The notes: a model not told the origin generated them from the letters alone. Shown: positions 46,488 to 58,968, numbered from the whole stretch's first letter. The stretch is DNA of 63,190 nt, filler included, from 10 parts of 10 records of this genome joined end to end with filler, not necessarily neighbours in it; one strand, 5' to 3'. Made by a program: numbers and translations.

Positions 46488-46784
46488 CCTGCTGGCTGCT
46501 TTGTGGCACCACGCCCTTGCCTTTTGATGCCACAAAAATGATAAATCAAATCGGGACGGAAAATTCTGCGGATGAGAGTTCGTTATCAGCCTAGATTTGC
46601 TCCGAGCACGCCGAGCTCTCGTCAGCTTCCGGACGACGCGCCCCCCCGGTGAGCCCCCCCTCGGCGGTCCCCGGGGCCGGCCAGCCGCTTACCCGACGCT
46701 GTGTTGAGCCTGTGCCCTCAGGCTCGCTCTCGCCACGCCCCGCCTCGGTCCTCCCGAGTACAAGAAGTGAGCCTTGCCCCGACA

Positions 46785-49123
46785 ATGGCCGCATCTAGAT
46801 ATGGAGGCGCCGACGATACCCCGCCCGAGCTGCAAAATGCGTGCGAGTTCATCAAGGACCGGTGCCGCTCTCCCCCTCCCCCGCCCCCCCGCCCCCGCCC
46901 TACGCCCTGCCCCCCCGACCGCCTTCCTTGCCCTTCGGCCAGCCGGCGGGCCACTCGCGGCGTCTCGGCGGCGACCGGCTGCGGAGCACCCGGGAGCCGC
47001 CCGGCCGTCTAGCCACGCGGCGAGGGTCGCCCACGGCACATCAGGCCGCCTGTCGTGCCCGTCGCCACAGCCGACAGATCAGCGAAGCGCTAAGCCTTGC
47101 AGGAGCGCTCTAGCCAGGGGTCTGGCCGGGGGCACAACAGGGTGGCGAGGAAAGACGGGGCGGTGAGCGAGGGCGCGCGGGTGTCGTGGCGATGGGGCGG
47201 GTCCTGACGTCCCTCAGCTCCGGCCGTTGCGGCACGATCACTCCAAGCTGAACCGGCTCTAAACTTGAAAGATCACTTTGAGTGCCCGAAACTGCGGTGT
47301 CGAAACAGAACCGGCAGACGGTGGCAGGCTGACCGCACCGAGTTGGCTGGGCCACGAGCCACCAGAACCGTTGATCTGATCTCTGTTACGCTGGAGTCTT
47401 TCGCAGCAGCGTTGCACCGCGAGTAGAGCTTGTCGTATCAGCAAGCTGCCCACCCCCTTCCCCGCGTGCCCCTCCCCGTCCATCCCCCGCTGTGCTCCTG
47501 ACCCGCTGCCCCGCAGGCTCTACTTTGCCTCGTTCCGCTCGCAGCCTCGACGGTCTGTCGAATACCACTACTTCTGCACCGACAACGAGCTGGTCTACGA
47601 ACCGTTCTTTGACGACTTTGGGCCGCTCAACTTGGCAATGCTTTACCGGTACCTCCCGCGGGCTGGCGGTGACTGATCAGCCGGCGGCAGGTTTGTGTGC
47701 CACCTCGCGGATAAGCTCAAGGATCGTGCGCTCGCCGACAAGAAGATTGTTTACTACTCATCGATGGACCAGAACAAACGGTGCTTCCGTTGATTTCTGT
47801 CGGTCTCGGCTGAGCTTGGACGGGCAGGGCGGTCGCCGCCTGCCTGATCGGGACCTTTGCAGTGATTCATCTCAAACAAACCCCTGAAGAGGCGTTCCGC
47901 CCGCTCATGGGTACTGCCTGGCTGGCTAATCGCGCATTGAGCGGTCGACTCAGGCGCCCAGCCACCATTCAAGCACTTTAAAGACGTCTACGGCGGCTCA
48001 TGGAACTGTACGCTGCTCGACTGCTTCCGCTCAATAGACACTGCTATGAAGCTGGGCTGGTTCAGAATGGATAACTTCAACGTCCAGGAATACGGTGTTG
48101 CCTAATCGGGCAATCGCTTAGGTTGACATCTGTGAACAGAGTACTACGAGCGGGTAGAGAACGGCGATCTCAACTGCATCGTCCCCGGCAAGTTTGTAGC
48201 CTTTAGCGGCCCTGCGGCCCGGAGGACCGACGTGAGCCTGGGACCCGAGGACTACATCCCGATCTTAAAACGGTTCGGGGTGACGGCCGTGGTCAGACTT
48301 AACAAGAAGGTGGCTATAAATAGCACGGCGGTTGTGGCTCAGCCCGGGGCAGGTGTATGACCGCAAGAAGTTCCTGGACGCCGGGATCAAGCATTACGAT
48401 CTTTACTTCGTGGACGGCGGCAACCCGTCTGAAGCGATTCTCAAGCAATGGCTTGACATCTGCGAGAACGAGCCCGGAGCGATCGGCGTGCACTGCAAGG
48501 CTGGGCTTGGACGGACTGGAGTGTTGAACGCGTGTTACCTTATGAAGCATTACAGGGTCACAGCCAACGAGCTGATCTCTTGGTTCCGGACCTGTCGACC
48601 AGGTCTTAACAGACCCTTCCCGATTAGGCAATGAGTATATGTTAACAGGGTCGGTGATCGGGCCGCAGCAGCAGTTTATAAAGGAGATGGAGCCCAAGAT
48701 GTGGGCGGAGGGCGAGGTGCCAACCCTCGTCCAAATAAGGAAATAACAATATGTTAACAGGCGTACCGTCGGAGAAACGGGCCCAATCCACCCAAGGGCA
48801 GCCCCGAGCTCCCGCCGCCCCCGGCCGGCTGGTACGACAGCGATCCTCCGTCCGACGCGCAAGAGGACGAGCTGGTCCGAAGCATGAGTGGAATGACAGT
48901 CTCACAGCAGTCCGTGGGCTACCAGCCCGCCAACCCTGCCCAGAGCCCTAGCATGTACGGCGCCGCCAGAGTGCCGCACACCCAGCAGCCGGCGCGGGCC
49001 GGCGCGGGCTACACGTCGCAGCAGCAGTACAGCGGGTACACGAGGCCTACTGCCAACATGTCGAGTACAAGGAGTTCGCAATACCCTCAGCCAGTGAGGT
49101 CAAACGCGTCGCGGTACTACTAA
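46785..49123 (+). CDS. CDC14: Cdc14 dual-specificity phosphatase; 8 introns
   Basis: [85 protein letters not shown]. Confidence 0.96.
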
Positions 49124-49325
49124 AGTGCTCACACGGAGAAGGAAGAACGAGCGAGAGGATTATGGCGGCTGGTGAGACTTTAGTGAGACTTCGATTGCCT
49201 AGGAGTGGTACACAAGACGGTAATTTATCGATCAATCGCGCGCCCCACGGCGGGCGTGCATGCATGCTTAAAAATGTAAAAACAATAAAAGAATTCAGAG
49301 AGTTTTGTTATTATTGTATCATTTT

Positions 49326-49369
49326 CATGCTCTTGGGGGACGTTTCACATGCTCTTGGGGGACGTTTCA
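49326..49369. repeat. Perfect tandem duplication of a 22-mer
   Basis: CATGCTCTTGGGGGACGTTTCA x2. Confidence 0.95.
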
Positions 49370-49510
49370 CTAGGCATTCAGACAAATCATCATGTGACGC
49401 CAGCCATGCCCACCGCTAGCCCACCGCCGCACTCTGGCAGAAAGTCTGCGCCCCGCGGTTTTTTATGATTTTCCGTACGATTTCGATCTGGAATTTTGGG
49501 CCACCGTAAC

Positions 49511-50488
49511 ATGTATGGGCTCATCACTGCCGCGCTGAGCATCCTGGTCGTCGCGCCCGGGGCACCCAACCCGGCATTCCCAGCGATTTCAGGCCCTGCG
49601 GGCGAGCTGCTTCAGTCCAAGGTCGGTGTGGGTGGCTGCTGGGGCAAGTGGTGCGCTGGCCAGCCAGCCCCGGCTCAGATGGGGGCAGCTGCCGCCGGCG
49701 CGCCACCCCGCCGACTCCGGCTCCCCCAATGACCCAGGAGATTCGCGACACAGTGGTGGCCCGTCACAACAGTCTCAGGCGCAGCCTGGTGCAAGCTGCC
49801 AATATGATTGAGATGACCTACGATCTCAACCTGGAGACGGTCGCCCAAGGCTACATTGACTCCATGGGCAGCACTTTCTCAGGCCATAACCCAGACCGGT
49901 CCTCGCAGTACAAAGCGCTGGGAGGGAGCAGCCACTACGTCGGTAGCCCAACTGTGCAGCGCATGCCCAAGTGGATACGACAAGTGCAACGACGGGCTGT
50001 GCAGCACCACCGCTGGCGTGACCAGTGCGCCCACACCTGCACCGGCAAATGGCACAGTGGCCACGCCAGTGGTCACACCCAGTCCGTCAGTCGCACCGCT
50101 CGCTCCGGAGGGGTTCAAGAGCAGCCTCGAGAGCTCTTTCTCCAGCGTGGATACTTCGGAGTTTGGCACGCACAAGTCTCAATTCTGCACAGAGTTCAGC
50201 TCCGAGTGCTCATCGTGCACATGCTCGACTTCAACGCTCAAGAGCAGTGAGCTATCTGAAGCCACTCTTGGCGGTACAGTGACACTCGACCTAGCACCGT
50301 TCGACTCGGACGCGCAGGCAGCAGTGCTAGCCTCTAGCGGTATAATGGTAAGGGCAGGAGGCATTCAAGCGAGCCGTGGCGGACGTGCTCGGCCAAGCAG
50401 TGGCTGGGCAGGAGGTTCCATGGCGATCCTTGGGGATTGTCATCACAAATGTTGTCACTACTGGCGAGGAGCTGGTTCAGACCGGTGC
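49511..50488 (+). CDS. CAP/SCP-domain secreted protein with the CAP core missing (possible pseudogene or chimera); 3' truncated
   Basis: Signal peptide; VARHNSLRR..AANMIEMTYDLNLETVAQ..HN..YVG, then a frame change to CSACPSGY..CNDGLC. Confidence 0.65.
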
Positions 50489-50588
50489 NNNNNNNNNNNN
50501 NNNNNNNNNNNNNNNNNNNNNNNNNNNNNNNNTTAATTAATTAANNNNNNNNNNNNNNNNNNNNNNNNNNNNNNNNNNNNNNNNNNNN

Positions 50589-53500
50589 TTGTTTAACAAT
50601 GAATGGTTTCTTGGGAGCGACTTGGTCGACATTCTTAATTGTCGGGAGAGTGGTTGGGAGATTTGCAGCTGCCTTGAGATCAGGTGTGCCTTTCTTTGTA
50701 ATGTGATTCGAGGCACTGCCTTCCATTGTAATGCCTTTCGAATCGCCGTTGTATCTCGTGGTATTATCCATGGTATATCCATCGTTGATGATAGCATCTT
50801 GCGCCTTCTTCGTTCGCTTTGATACATAAGTGGAAGCACTCAGCTTCATGGCGGTTTTCGATTTGGTTTGGATCTTTTCTGCCGATGAGAAATCACGCCA
50901 TGGATCAAATTCTGACTGAAACGGGATTCCGAGCACAGCAAGCTGTATGGCGAGCTCACGGAGTTGCCGTTCGCTGGAGCCAGCATCAGCATTGTTGACA
51001 GAAAGCAGATTGACATCGCGTTTATCCTTCAGAATCGACGAGGCTAGCTTCTTAAGGGTGTGCCGAGGCCCAAGCTCCACAAATGTCCGAGCGCCATCAT
51101 CATACATTTGTTTTATTTGTGCGTCGAAGTGTACCGAACTTGTCATGTGCTGGGAGAGAGTCGCAAGGACAGGTGCAGATGTCGAATATGGAGCAGCTGA
51201 TGTGTTGCTGTACACCTGTGGTCCGTCTCCCAGAAGAGCGTCGCCAATCTGAGTCTCGAGGTGCTTTGCAAATGCGTCAGCTGCTGGTTGCATGAGAGGG
51301 GTATGAAACGCATCGCTGACCTTGAGTGGGACCACCCGAAGTCCCCTGCTTGTCAGGACCTTGCTGAAGCTGTGCACTGCTGCTGTGGTTCCAGAAATCA
51401 CAACCTGGGAAGGACTGTTGTGGTTAGCCATCCAGACATCTGTGGGGAAGTCTCCAATTTGGTCTACAGAAGCACCAAGCACTGCTGCCATGGCACCGCC
51501 ACTGGCGTGCTTCTCCATCAGCATACCACGCTGACAGGTGATGTTGAATACTTGATTGTGGTCCAGGAAGGTATTGGCATATAGAGCAGCAATCTCCCCA
51601 AGGCTATGGCCGGCGACAAAATCAGGCACAACCCCAGCAGCCTTGAAAATGTCAAAGCATCCAACAGAGCAGGCCACTGTGGTGAGTTGTGCTAGCTTGG
51701 TATTATTGAGCTGTGTTGCATCAACGGTTTTCTCATCTTCGCTGTGATATTTTTCGCGAGGATATAGCACTTGAGATGGCTGGAACCCATGCTTAGCTGC
51801 AGCTCTGTCCATAGCAGTGAGAGCCTCGCGGAATGCAGGCCAATTCATGGCACACTCGTCAAACATGTTCTTGTACTGTGAACCCTGACCAGAGAAGAGG
51901 AAGGCAAGCTTGCCCTGAGCACTGCGTTGGCGGAAGATCACGCCGTCGGACTCCCAGCTGTCCTTTTGGGGCTCAGCCTGCAGGAGAGCAATGCAGTGTT
52001 CAAGAGCAGAAACGCACTGTTCAGCACTTGTGGCAAGAAATCCTAGACGTGGACCCTCAGCAATCGGGGCTGACAGAGAAAAGGCTTGGCAGAACTCCTC
52101 GAACCCCAAGAGAACAGACTTTGCTTGCTGCTGACAAAGTCCTACAAGTGCAGGGACGTCAGATGCAGACATCACCACTGGAACAGGTAGTGCATGGACA
52201 CGGTATGCCTCTGCATGCTCTGCTTCGTATTCCTCGACAACACAATGATAGTTTGCTCCACCAAAGCCAAATGAGCTGACAGCAGCCATTCTCGGCAGAT
52301 GAGCGCCATCTGAGCCCACGGGTGTAATCCATGGGCGATTGCTAGTGTTGAGATATAGCGGTGAGTCTTGGATGCTAGAGCCATCCCGTAGAACTGGCGG
52401 CGTACTCACATGGATTGTCTGAGGCAGGATCTTGTGCTTGAGAGCAAAGATGACCTTTAGTAACCCAGCACAGCCCGCCACAGCCTTCAAGTGGCCAATG
52501 TTGCTCTTGATGCTTCCTACGGCAACGCGTTCATGGCCAACTCCTTGGAACGCATTCTTGAGAGCTGTCAACTCGATGGCATCCCCAACAGGTGTCCCGG
52601 TGCCATGGCCTTCCACCAATGTGATGGATGAAGGATCCACGCCGGCTCTTGCCCAGGCCCGCCGAATCGCTTGCTCTTGTCCCTCGATCGTTGGTGCATA
52701 GATGCCAGGGGCTCGCCCATCGCTAGATGAAGCACAGCCACGAATCACAGCATGTATCTTGTCGCCATCAGCCTCAGCATCTGCAAGCTTTTTAAGAACA
52801 AACATGACACTGCCTTCACCAATGAGCATGCCACCAGTGTCTTTATCGTATGCTGACACGTTCTGCTTGGTGCTGAATACAGGCGTCTTGGAAAAAGCCA
52901 TAAACATTCCAATACTGCAGTCTGTGCATGTTGCACCAGCAATCATTGTACGGCAGTCTCCATCAAGCAGCTCATTGATAGCGACTTTGATTGCCACGAG
53001 CGAACTGGCACATGCAGCATCCACGACACAATTCATACCATCCAGGTTGAAGACATTTGTGATGCGGCCTGCAGTAACATTCCCTAAGAACCCGGGGAAA
53101 GAGTCAAGCCTCCATTCTGGGAAGTGGGCTTTGTACTTGTCCACAGCCTTTTCGACGTCTGCCTCAGGCATACCCATCTTGCGCAGAACTTTGTCGACCA
53201 CCACGTAATTCAAGCGGGAGTAGAACTCGTTTGAAGACTTTTGGCCACCACCAATGCCCAAAACACAGCCGATATTATGTTTGGTTTTGCCATCAGTAGG
53301 AATACCAGCATCAGTGAGAGCCTCCTTGACCTTCACCAGACTCAAAGTCTGATTCACATCCATGTCTTCAACTTGCAGCATGTTTACATTGAACACTCTT
53401 GGATCGAAATCGAAGGGATCGATAAAACCGCCTCGTGTGCAGTATATCTTGTCTGGCACACGCTTGTCTGGATCAAAGTAGGCTGTCACATCGACACGGT

Positions 53501-53731
53501 CGTCTGGAAGGTCACTGATAGAATCCAAGCCATCACGAATCATCTCCCATGACTCTTTGATTGTACCGCCACCAGGGAGGGCGCAAGAATAACCTATAAT
53601 AGCGATTCGGTTGTCTTGCTCCGGGGGGGGATCCGCAAACCTTGGAAGAGAATTGGCAGAGGGAGATGGAACATGCTGGGCTTGAGGGCCTGAAGCAGTA
53701 GTGGGCTGGCTGGGCTGGATGCTCGGAGCAG
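50589..53731 (-). CDS. pfaA: PUFA synthase (PfaA/OrfA-type iterative PKS) fragment: KS + malonyl-CoA acyltransferase; truncated at both ends
   Basis: RIAIIG, DKIYCTRGGFI, FPEWRLDSFPGFLGNVTAGR, VVDAACASS, EGHGTGTPVGD, KSNIGHLK, SFGFGGANYH (KS); FSGQGSQY, GHSLGE, AFHT (MAT). Closely recalls thraustochytrid OrfA. Confidence 0.92.
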
Positions 53732-53911
53732 NNNNNNNNNNNNNNNNNNNNNNNNNNNNNNNNNNNNNNNNNNNNTTAATTAATTAANNNNNNNNNNNNN
53801 NNNNNNNNNNNNNNNNNNNNNNNNNNNNNNNTCACGATCACCTGTTATAAATATGAAGGTAAGCTTATACTGTAAGCTAACTGCTTACAATTCAACTCAA
53901 AGTAGTCAAAA

Positions 53912-53945
53912 CAAAGGTATACTAATAGCAAAGGTATACTAATAG
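53912..53945. repeat. Perfect tandem duplication of a 17-mer
   Basis: CAAAGGTATACTAATAG x2. Confidence 0.95.
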
Positions 53946-54587
53946 AAATACAAAGATAGGCATACAAAATGTTTCGCCCTAGAACGAACCTTGCTTTTTA
54001 TCCGGAACATCAAATTATGATTCATGATTGACCAAATGGACGATGAAAACGCCAGAAGATTATGTAATGTTCATAGGCAAACACGTTTATAGCCCGGCAA
54101 CTATCGTTTTGATAGCACGGCAACTACGGTGTTGTGAGTAAACTATTACTAGTTGGAGCAGCTGGAGCATGTGATCTGCTTTAAATTCTGAAGTGGTAGA
54201 TGGTGAAAATAAATCATTACAACTAGATGCATAATTGTTATTCTCCCATCTGTCTTCCGACAATGATTGTTGCAAATCTTTTGGCGAATTTATTGGCAAA
54301 TTAATCGCTAAAATACCTCGAAAACTGCTGTTTCGGACAGATGAATAGCTTGCTTGATGGCCACTCATATCTAAGGGGCGCATGCTACGTTTACTAGAGA
54401 TACTGAACTACAAGTACTGCAGACTCATTGAAAATCTCAGAAAAGTCAGATTCGAATTGATGAAGCATGTCAACGTATAACAATTACATTATGTTATGTA
54501 GTTATTAATAATACTCTATTACTAAGCGAGGTAAATCGATTTTGTGCACTATAATTCTTAGCTAACTGCAGCGAACTCATTAGCTAG

Positions 54588-57500
54588 CTAACTGCTTGAG
54601 ATCGCCTTCAGGTTGGCGTTCTCGGCCTTGAGCGCCTCCAGCTGGGCCATTAGGCTAATATTTTGCTTGCTCTTGGACGCCAGCCGCTTGTGCACGCTAC
54701 TCAATGCTAGCCTGGTAACGCCAGCCTTGGCCTTACCAGTTCGTTCCTCCTCCTTGAACTTGCCAAGCAGCTCGCGCTCCTTGGTCTCTTCGCAGCCTGC
54801 GTTAGCTGCGCACGTGCCCTGGGTGCCAGACTTGACACACATGCTGCCTGCCTGGTTCCTGTTAGAGAAGTTATAGTTCCGTGTACCCATGTAAGAGAAT
54901 CGGCCCGCCTTGCGCATCTGGACTAGCCCACCATCAAAGTACGGAGTGCGCTGCCCAGACTTATCCATCACCGCGTTCAGCTTGGCGCAGTTCCGTGGAT
55001 CTCTCTCTCGTGCATTCTGGTTCAGCTGCTGCAGCGCGTCTGGCGAGAGGCACTGCTGGCCCTGGCCCTGGAGCGATTCCATCTGATTCAAGAAACCAAG
55101 CTTCATTATCGTCTTCTCGTCTGGCTTGCCGTCTGCTCCCCAGAACATTCCTGTATACTTTGTGTTCAGGTTCTTCCAATCCTGCAGTGCCCCGGCAAAA
55201 TAGGCATGCCCTGAGTCCACCGCTGCATGCCGCTGGCCGGCACCACTGTACGCAGCCCCGCTCGGTCGCCGACGCCACTGGATCTTAGGCAAGCTGTCCA
55301 TGTCCACAATATTGCTCCGGTCGGCGCGACGAGCTTGATTCTGGTCAAGGCTGTCCCCACCGCCTTCCGCATCGTTTGGGTTACGTTGTGGGTTGTAGTC
55401 GGAGCCGGTCCACTGGAAGTGCACAAAGTCGTCCTTTTCAATGCACAGGTCGTTAGGTACAAAATCATACTCCACTGCAGGATAGGTCTGCACGATGTTG
55501 CCGCGCTTGCCTCTAACGTTCACATTGTAAATCTTGGCAGTTGCAGGCATATTCCGAGGCCGAGGCCGGATTGCAAACACGTACGAACGGTCTTGGAAGG
55601 TCCGGCCATACTGGTTGGTGTTGACTGCCAGAGAGAGGAATGAAACTGCCGGATTTCCCCCGATTCCCATATACGGATCCTGTACAACCGGGCTGGAAGA
55701 TCTGCCAGACCGAGGATTCTGGTTGTGTTGGGCGTTGGTCATTGGTTGGCCTTCATTGTTCCAAGCAAAGTAGTCTGCTGTTGATATGTTGTATCGCAGC
55801 CGGAGCACACAGTTTTCATTGATGTGCTCAGGCACCTTCCAGATGTATCGATTGGCATTAACTCCATGCGGGATGACCTTTGCCATCTCAGGTCGGTTTG
55901 TGGCCGTGCTGCGAGAGTTGCCGAGGTGATTCTCACGCGCCACCGACGACTGCCCGCCTACACAGTCCACTGTTGGTATCTGCTCGGGCGTCTGGCCCTC
56001 GACAGCAGCCTTGGCCTCCACCTTGGCCTCCGTCTCCACCTTTGTCTCCAGCCAGCTGTCTTCGTCCTCTGTGTCCAGCAAACGGCGGCCACGCCGTGTG
56101 GCTGTCTTGGGGGCCAGTGCCGGGTCACAGTATGACCAGAATGGGGCAGCCTTCTGCGGGGTGCCTGACACTATCTCCGTATTGCCGCCCCATGCTGACG
56201 GATCAGCTGTCTCCAGCTTGCCCACTTTAGCATACAGCTGGCAGCTGCCTGATCCCAAGTGCGTCCAACCAACACAGCCAGCGGTCGTAAAGCAAGCGTG
56301 TGAACACCACGCGGGCCCTGGCTCTTCTTTCACCGTCACATACCGGGTGTTGAATGTACCGCCGTAAGCACGATTTACCGCCGAAAGCTCAGTCAGTAGC
56401 GTACTTGTTGCCTGTGCAAAGACCTTCTGTTGCTGGCCGACCCTGGTTCGAGGCACTTGACAAAAGCACCATGGAGCACCAAAGGTGGTGAATGAGGGCT
56501 GAGCACAAGCTGCAGGGGCATTCGCTAGCGGAGATCCGGTCACCTCGACCACCTCTGACCAGGCTCTGCACTTACAGTCAGGCGTGGCTTGAGTCTGTGG
56601 CTTGACATTGGTGATGTCTTCGTCACACGCTTGAGTGCTGCACAGCTGGTAAGCTGGGTCAGAGGCTCCTCGAGCTTTCATTGGGGCATCAAGTGTCCCG
56701 TCTGGCATTTTAACTCCTACGCCAACAGTTGCAAGATCTTCACCTGTCTTGGAGGTGGCCACCAACGCGGCCTGTGTGTTAGCTGCCAGGGTCTGAGGCA
56801 GTGATGCCACCCACTGATCGCCAGCAGTACCGGTCGCCTTTGCAATCACCTTTCCGTTGAGCCACAGCTGGTTCCCAGCCTGACACACAGCGCTGAATGG
56901 ACTGGCGGGCTGGTAGCACTAAGTTTCACCTCGTTGGAGAGCATGAACGTCCAACTACCGGCCACCTTTGGCCGAATGAAACCGGAAACTCTTCTGAAAT
57001 TGGCATTCACCGGGCCTGCATGCATCAATCAGCTAGTAGACCAAGCGCCCAGCACCTGTCGAAGATTCGCACTTGCAAACTGCATTTGGACTTGGAAACT
57101 TGTAGTCACAAGATCGTGTTGGGGTCTCGATAGCCTTGCAACCCTCGCCCACATCATCCCACGCAGAAGTACATTTCAGCTCGGGGCCCAGAAAACTGCT
57201 TGGGTCACCTTGCCCTTTACAGTACTGGTCACAGGTTTCATAAATTGGAGGCGGCGGTGGAGGCGGAGGACACCCACCGCACGCCCTCTTGCAGTACTGT
57301 TTGTATGGGACTCCGTCAAACGAACTTATCCTTTCACAATTGCTTGTCCTGCAAAAGATGCTTCGATCGAAGCAGCCAGAGGAGCTTTGAAGCAGCTCTC
57401 CAGTTGTACTGTGTGTGGGGTGAGCAGTGATGAGCTCGATGAGTGCGTTGCCTTTGGAGTCAGCAGTGGTAAACTCCACTGGAGCAGCGACGGCTTGCGC

Positions 57501-58868
57501 TTGGATTAGCTGCCCTCGCCCCACTGGCTTACATTGCTCAGGACAACACAGACTGACGTCGTTATTGTACTTCAGATCGGTGCATACTATGGAGGCTTTG
57601 GCGCAGGTATCACAAGCCTCCTTCTTGCCTTGTCCACAGAGCTTGACACCTGCAAAACCAACCCGCTGGAGGCAGCTGTCGCTATTCATGGGCTTGGCCT
57701 CCTTGGTGCCTCCCCCGGACTGGTTCCCATTGGATCCGCTGCCAGGGCCCTTGCAAACGTATCTGAACATACCAAACTGCCGACCTCCATTCGACTGTGA
57801 GTTAAAGACCACAATGTCGGGGCCTCCCCAGCCATCTTCGCCAAGGGCTTTGACACTGCATCCGGCTGGTATTGAGCCTCCCTGTTGCAGGTTGTTCCAC
57901 TGGTAACGGTTTGATATCTTGTACCCTAAATAGGCTGCAGCAGCTACACATTCCTTGAAGTCCTGCACGTGAGAGTACCCGCGAGGACACGGCTCCGGCT
58001 GTTGGCAGGCTGGAGTTTTATCATACCCACACGGGAGGGTTTCCTTGCCAGCAGCAAGGAAGTCGCCGCCCAGAGAGATGATAGCAGTAGCCAGCCCACA
58101 AGTCTTGCCCACACTGCTCCAGGTCTTTGTGGATGGAACACAATCAGACGAGCCTGTAGCATCCTGCACGCACTGCTTGGCAGCCAACTTGTAGCGGTAG
58201 CCATAGGGGCAGCCGCATGCATCGCCTGTCTCGTACGCCCGCCCGCATGATGACATGCCTGCACGGCCGATTCCTCCGAAAAGCACAGCACCCTTGGCCT
58301 CTTTGGAGCTGATTGGTGTACCTTGCACAATCTCATTCCGGAAGCCGCCGTCTGTGGACTGGGTGCGCCTTTTCCAGTCTGTCTGGGCCTGGGCGGTCTT
58401 GGGGTGATCAGCATCCCACCACACCTACACATGACAGATCAAGCCAGGATTAATTACACCCACCGGAGCCCAGACGTGCCCGGCTGCCTCACATTCGTGT
58501 GCCATTGCCGGCCACCTGCCATTGCTGTTGGCAACGTCTGTCTGCAGAAAGTCCGGACTTGGGTGATCCGATTCCTCCTGGGGAGAAGGCATTGCCAGCG
58601 TCTCAACCAACAGCTGACCTCGGCGCCTGCGTCTGCGGGTCTGTTCTTCACCTCTGTTCGTGTTGGTTGCCTGAGCAGAAGTTGGCACACGGCCATAGTA
58701 GCCCGGGCATGTGGGCTTCCTCACAATCTGCTGCTGCCCATAGAAAGTCTTCTGCGGTATGCACTCGCCGCGAGGCTTGACGTTGCTGCTTTCTGCCATG
58801 TAGTATGCACATCGCTCGGGGTTGTTCGTAATCACAGCCACGTCAATCCACGGGCTGGCTTGCCAGTG
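54588..58868 (-). CDS. DD3-3-family protein with a large Cys-rich insert; 3 introns; 5' truncated
   Basis: RCAYYMAESSNV, RENHLGN, CVLRLRYNIST, NTNQYGRTFQDRS, NVRGKRGNIVQTYPAVEYDFVP, FQWTGS, YFDGGL, NFSNRNQ. GT-AG introns at about 58425-58463, 57017-57056 and 56881-56930 join three ORFs. Confidence 0.85.
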
Positions 58869-58968
58869 NNNNNNNNNNNNNNNNNNNNNNNNNNNNNNNN
58901 NNNNNNNNNNNNTTAATTAATTAANNNNNNNNNNNNNNNNNNNNNNNNNNNNNNNNNNNNNNNNNNNN

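Noticed and set aside
47218-47445. TPP riboswitch, hammerhead, U3 or RNase P/MRP RNA in the Cdc14 intron
   Set aside because: Core consensus elements (e.g. CUGAGA, CUGAnGA in the right context) were not found by eye; kept only as an unassigned candidate.
47517-48360. Alternative genetic code or pseudogene explaining fragmented ORFs
   Set aside because: In-frame stops fall inside ~40-47-nt GT-AG introns; TAA, TAG and TGA all serve as normal terminators.
53832-54587. AT-rich region with a 98-aa ORF as a mobile element or gene
   Set aside because: No terminal repeats, transposase motifs or coding-like bias were seen; treated as intergenic.
49511-58868. A biosynthetic gene cluster around the PUFA synthase
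   Set aside because: The PKS fragment fills its own contig; its neighbours lie across artificial spacers.
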